From Tubulanus polymorphus (taxonomy: Eukaryota > Animalia > Nemertea), in the NCBI RefSeq assembly GCF_964204645.1, contig NC_134025.1, forward strand, positions 5,642,001-5,706,000: DNA of 64,000 nucleotides. The letters run 5' to 3'. A model generated the notes under the pieces. It did not search any database and was not told the DNA's origin. It saw nothing but the letters and a program-made list of their open reading frames with translations. Each line of letters starts with the position of its first letter. Position 1 is the stretch's first letter. This document shows positions 61,283-64,000 of the stretch, one piece after another. The position numbers and the translations under genes were made by a program.

Positions 61283-63340
61283 TAAGCATAAATCATATAG
61301 TATTGTGCACCTATATATTGATAGAAAATAGATGTGTATATTTAATCTCAAACGATCGCGAGCCAGTTGTTGGTTGTTTACCGTCAAAACCACTACATGC
61401 ACGTACACTGCCTCTTGAACGGTTATCAAAGTTTTGCATATAATGCTATCATCACATTTATCCTGTAAATCTAGTCAATGTCTCGAATCTTTTTTTCTTT
61501 TTATTTTTGACATCATCTTCATCTGCCGAGTTTGTGGCATCCAAGGAGAATTAGAATATCCTTATGTTTCGATATAATTGATAGGAGTATATACATGGCA
61601 ATTGTTGTTCTATGGTTTTTTTTGTTGTTTTAGTTTTTAGTACTGTTATTTTGTAGATTTATCATCAAATGCATTCGTTGAGATTTACACTCAAACCAGT
61701 TCTTATTTTGTTCTCGAAAAGCATCGATTTTTTTGTAGTATGATCTCCACACGTTGTAAAGTCCTGTTTCTAGTGCATTCCACTTGTCTTTAGATTGATT
61801 TACTGCCGTTTCCGTCATAACTGATAATAACTTAATTCATACAAGACTTGTTTAAACCTTAACCTTGAGGAGTACATGTGTCGGTTTTTTCCATGGTTGA
61901 GCATTTCGCATGTAGTCTTCCTTATCTATAAGATTAATTGAGCCGTTTAGTATAAAATCATGTATAGAGAGCAGTACTATTAAAAATGTAAAACCATGGG
62001 CAATACTTAAATAACTCTCAAGCGTTAAAATCGTCATTTAAATCTATGTTGATGAATGGGAAAATTGTATGAACAGTTATATAAAAATCTGGTCTAGACA
62101 TGCTAAAAGAATGAACATGTATAGTGCCTCTGTAGGGAATCGTGCGTGCTGTTAGTTAATCTACAGATGTCTTTTAAGATAATGTTCTATTCGTAAAATT
62201 GTTGTCTCATATTGATTATACATATACACGTATATGTATGTATGTATATAGGTAATGTGACAAGCTTTGTAATTTTTAAAGGTGATGTATTTGTGTAATT
62301 GACTGTCCGGTGCCCGCAGTTTGTAAAGTGTATAAAAGTAATCGGTAGCTTATTTGTCTCTCATTATAATAAAAGTCAGTTATGATGTTTCATCATAACA
62401 TTTTACGGTAGTTCCGCATCATTTAATTGTTTTTTCTTTAGTTATGGATAAGAATTTACTGAACCTGTGCCCGTGCTTCAATTTTTTTCCAAACGTATTT
62501 GAATGAATTGGCATGAAAAATGTACATTTTTACTTCATTAGAAGGTGGTGCTGGTTCTCTACAGCATATCATCTGAGTAGAGATTATGACTCGTATCTGT
62601 GTTATATCCATTGGTTTCACTAAGTGCAGTTAGAGAGAAATTGTAAGATCTTCGCCTTAGGGAGATTAGATTTATCGTGCTTATCGTATCCCCTGAATCA
62701 CGGCTTGCAAATGTTTAAAAAGACCCTTCGCTGTGGTTGTGGAGTGTAGGGGCAAGCGTCACATCTAGAAAACATTGGGTTTTTCAGTCAAGGATGAAAA
62801 TAGATAAGGGTTGAATTCCAATGTTTTTTTTTATTGAGGATCGAATGTAATTTAACACATGCGAGGAACCGACGGCTGTGGCCTCCAAGCACGTCAATTA
62901 CGATACCATTTAACGACGAGCATGGATTGCCTACCAATTACCGATTCAGATAATTCATATCATTTAGTGTCTGGTCATGTAATTATTCTGTGTATCAAAT
63001 AAATATCAAATAGATATATCAATTATTCCAGAGTCCAATCCACCCTTAACTTCGTCTAGGAACCACTTATCTTTGGAAGAATTTTAATTTCTTTATTGAA
63101 AGGTGATCATCATTTTTCGTCGGTCGTACTCAACACTCACTGTTCTAAGGTGTTCGTAAAAAACGGTATCAAATCATTTACTTAAAGATTTAACACCATA
63201 TGTGACTGTTGAATCATTCTTGTTTATTCTATTACTCGATCTCGTAAACTCACATTCAGCTTTATTGTTCTTTATTGTAATTGTTGTGTTAATCCTTTTT
63301 TTTGCTCTATGCAATGTTATTATAACATGTGGAGTAATTA

Positions 63341-63373
63341 ACTAAACTGAAACTAAAACTGAAACTGAAACTA
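63341..63373. repeat. (AAACTR)n short tandem repeat
   Basis: actaaactgaaactaaaactgaaactgaaacta. Confidence 0.6.
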
Positions 63374-63633
63374 TAGTCTCAGCTAAGTAAGTTGAACTTG
63401 AACTAGTGGTGATCTTGGTATTTACCGTTAATTCGTCTTTAATGCGAAGAACATTTTATTTATTTACGGACATGGCTGTTGCCGTTTATATAATTCGTAA
63501 ATAGGACAGGCGTTGAATGACACGACTGGCCAATCACGTTGTGGCATGTCAACCGGCCAGTAAAAATTTTACGTTGATAACAGTACTATTCAGGACGGCA
63601 CTGTGCGCGTTAGACGTTTGGTAGATACTCTTT

Positions 63634-63881
63634 ATGGATATCAAAACAAGCAAGATCCAGGAATCGATGGAAGGATACATCGAACTTGATTTAACATCAT
63701 GTACGAAAGAGTGAGTATACATGTGTTTTCTTTTTTATCGCGATTGATTGGATAAAACATTTGGCGTTAGTTTTTCATACTAATTAATAATTCAATGAAT
63801 TTACTCTTGTTTGCAGGCAAATTCGTGATCAATTTGAAACAATTTACCGAACGAATGAAATTCTGTTTTCTTCGCTGAAAG
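63634..63881 (+). CDS. ovoA: First two exons (63634-63710, 63817-63881) of a probable 5-histidylcysteine sulfoxide synthase (ovothiol synthase OvoA); continues past window end
   Basis: Spliced peptide MDIKTSKIQESMEGYIELDLTSCTKEQIRDQFETIYRTNEILFSSLK with GA|gtgagt ... tgcag|G and G|gttagt sites. Resembles, from memory, the OvoA N-terminal pattern L..CTK..I.DYF.N.Y.L.E.LF..LK. Confidence 0.65.
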
Positions 63882-64000
63882 GTTAGTTCTGTACTGATTT
63901 CGATATATTAGTGACGATTGGAAGGAATTTTGACAGCCAAACCGAATCTAATGTGCGGGGGCCTTTTTGTCACGTTCACTAGTTTCTTAGATTTTGCTAA

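Noticed and set aside
61219-62037. Short ORFs of 61-74 aa downstream of DAAM
   Set aside because: No motifs, no consistent splice structure, and partly microsatellite-derived.

Overview
AT-rich, gene-dense eukaryotic (invertebrate animal) genomic DNA with many short GT-AG introns (mostly about 60-130 nt), so the ORF track shows only exon fragments. I spliced the genes by hand. In order: POLQ (-, 3' end outside the window), CHAF1B (-), a long-N-terminus ninjurin (+), an unnamed secreted protein with two tandem divergent CAP/SCP-like domains (-), a protein with a plant/fungal SCI1-like domain (-), L-asparaginase/ankyrin ASPG copy 1 (+), GNMT (+), ASPG copy 2 (-), WDPCP/fritz (+), MAN2C1 (-), DAAM formin (+), and the first two exons of a probable ovothiol synthase ovoA (+). 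Non-coding DNA holds several non-autonomous DNA transposons. One is a foldback-like element with a 9-bp TSD and internal tandem repeats; another is a 669-bp element with a 5-bp TSD. There are also MITE-like hairpins, a decayed exon duplicate, and an 80-100 bp element upstream of two unrelated genes. The most notable items are the tandem CAP-like secreted protein, the SCI1-like gene, the inverted ASPG pair around GNMT, and an AT-AG intron in MAN2C1. No prokaryotic features, CRISPR array, rRNA or tRNA were seen. Family calls come from recalled motifs, not from database searches.
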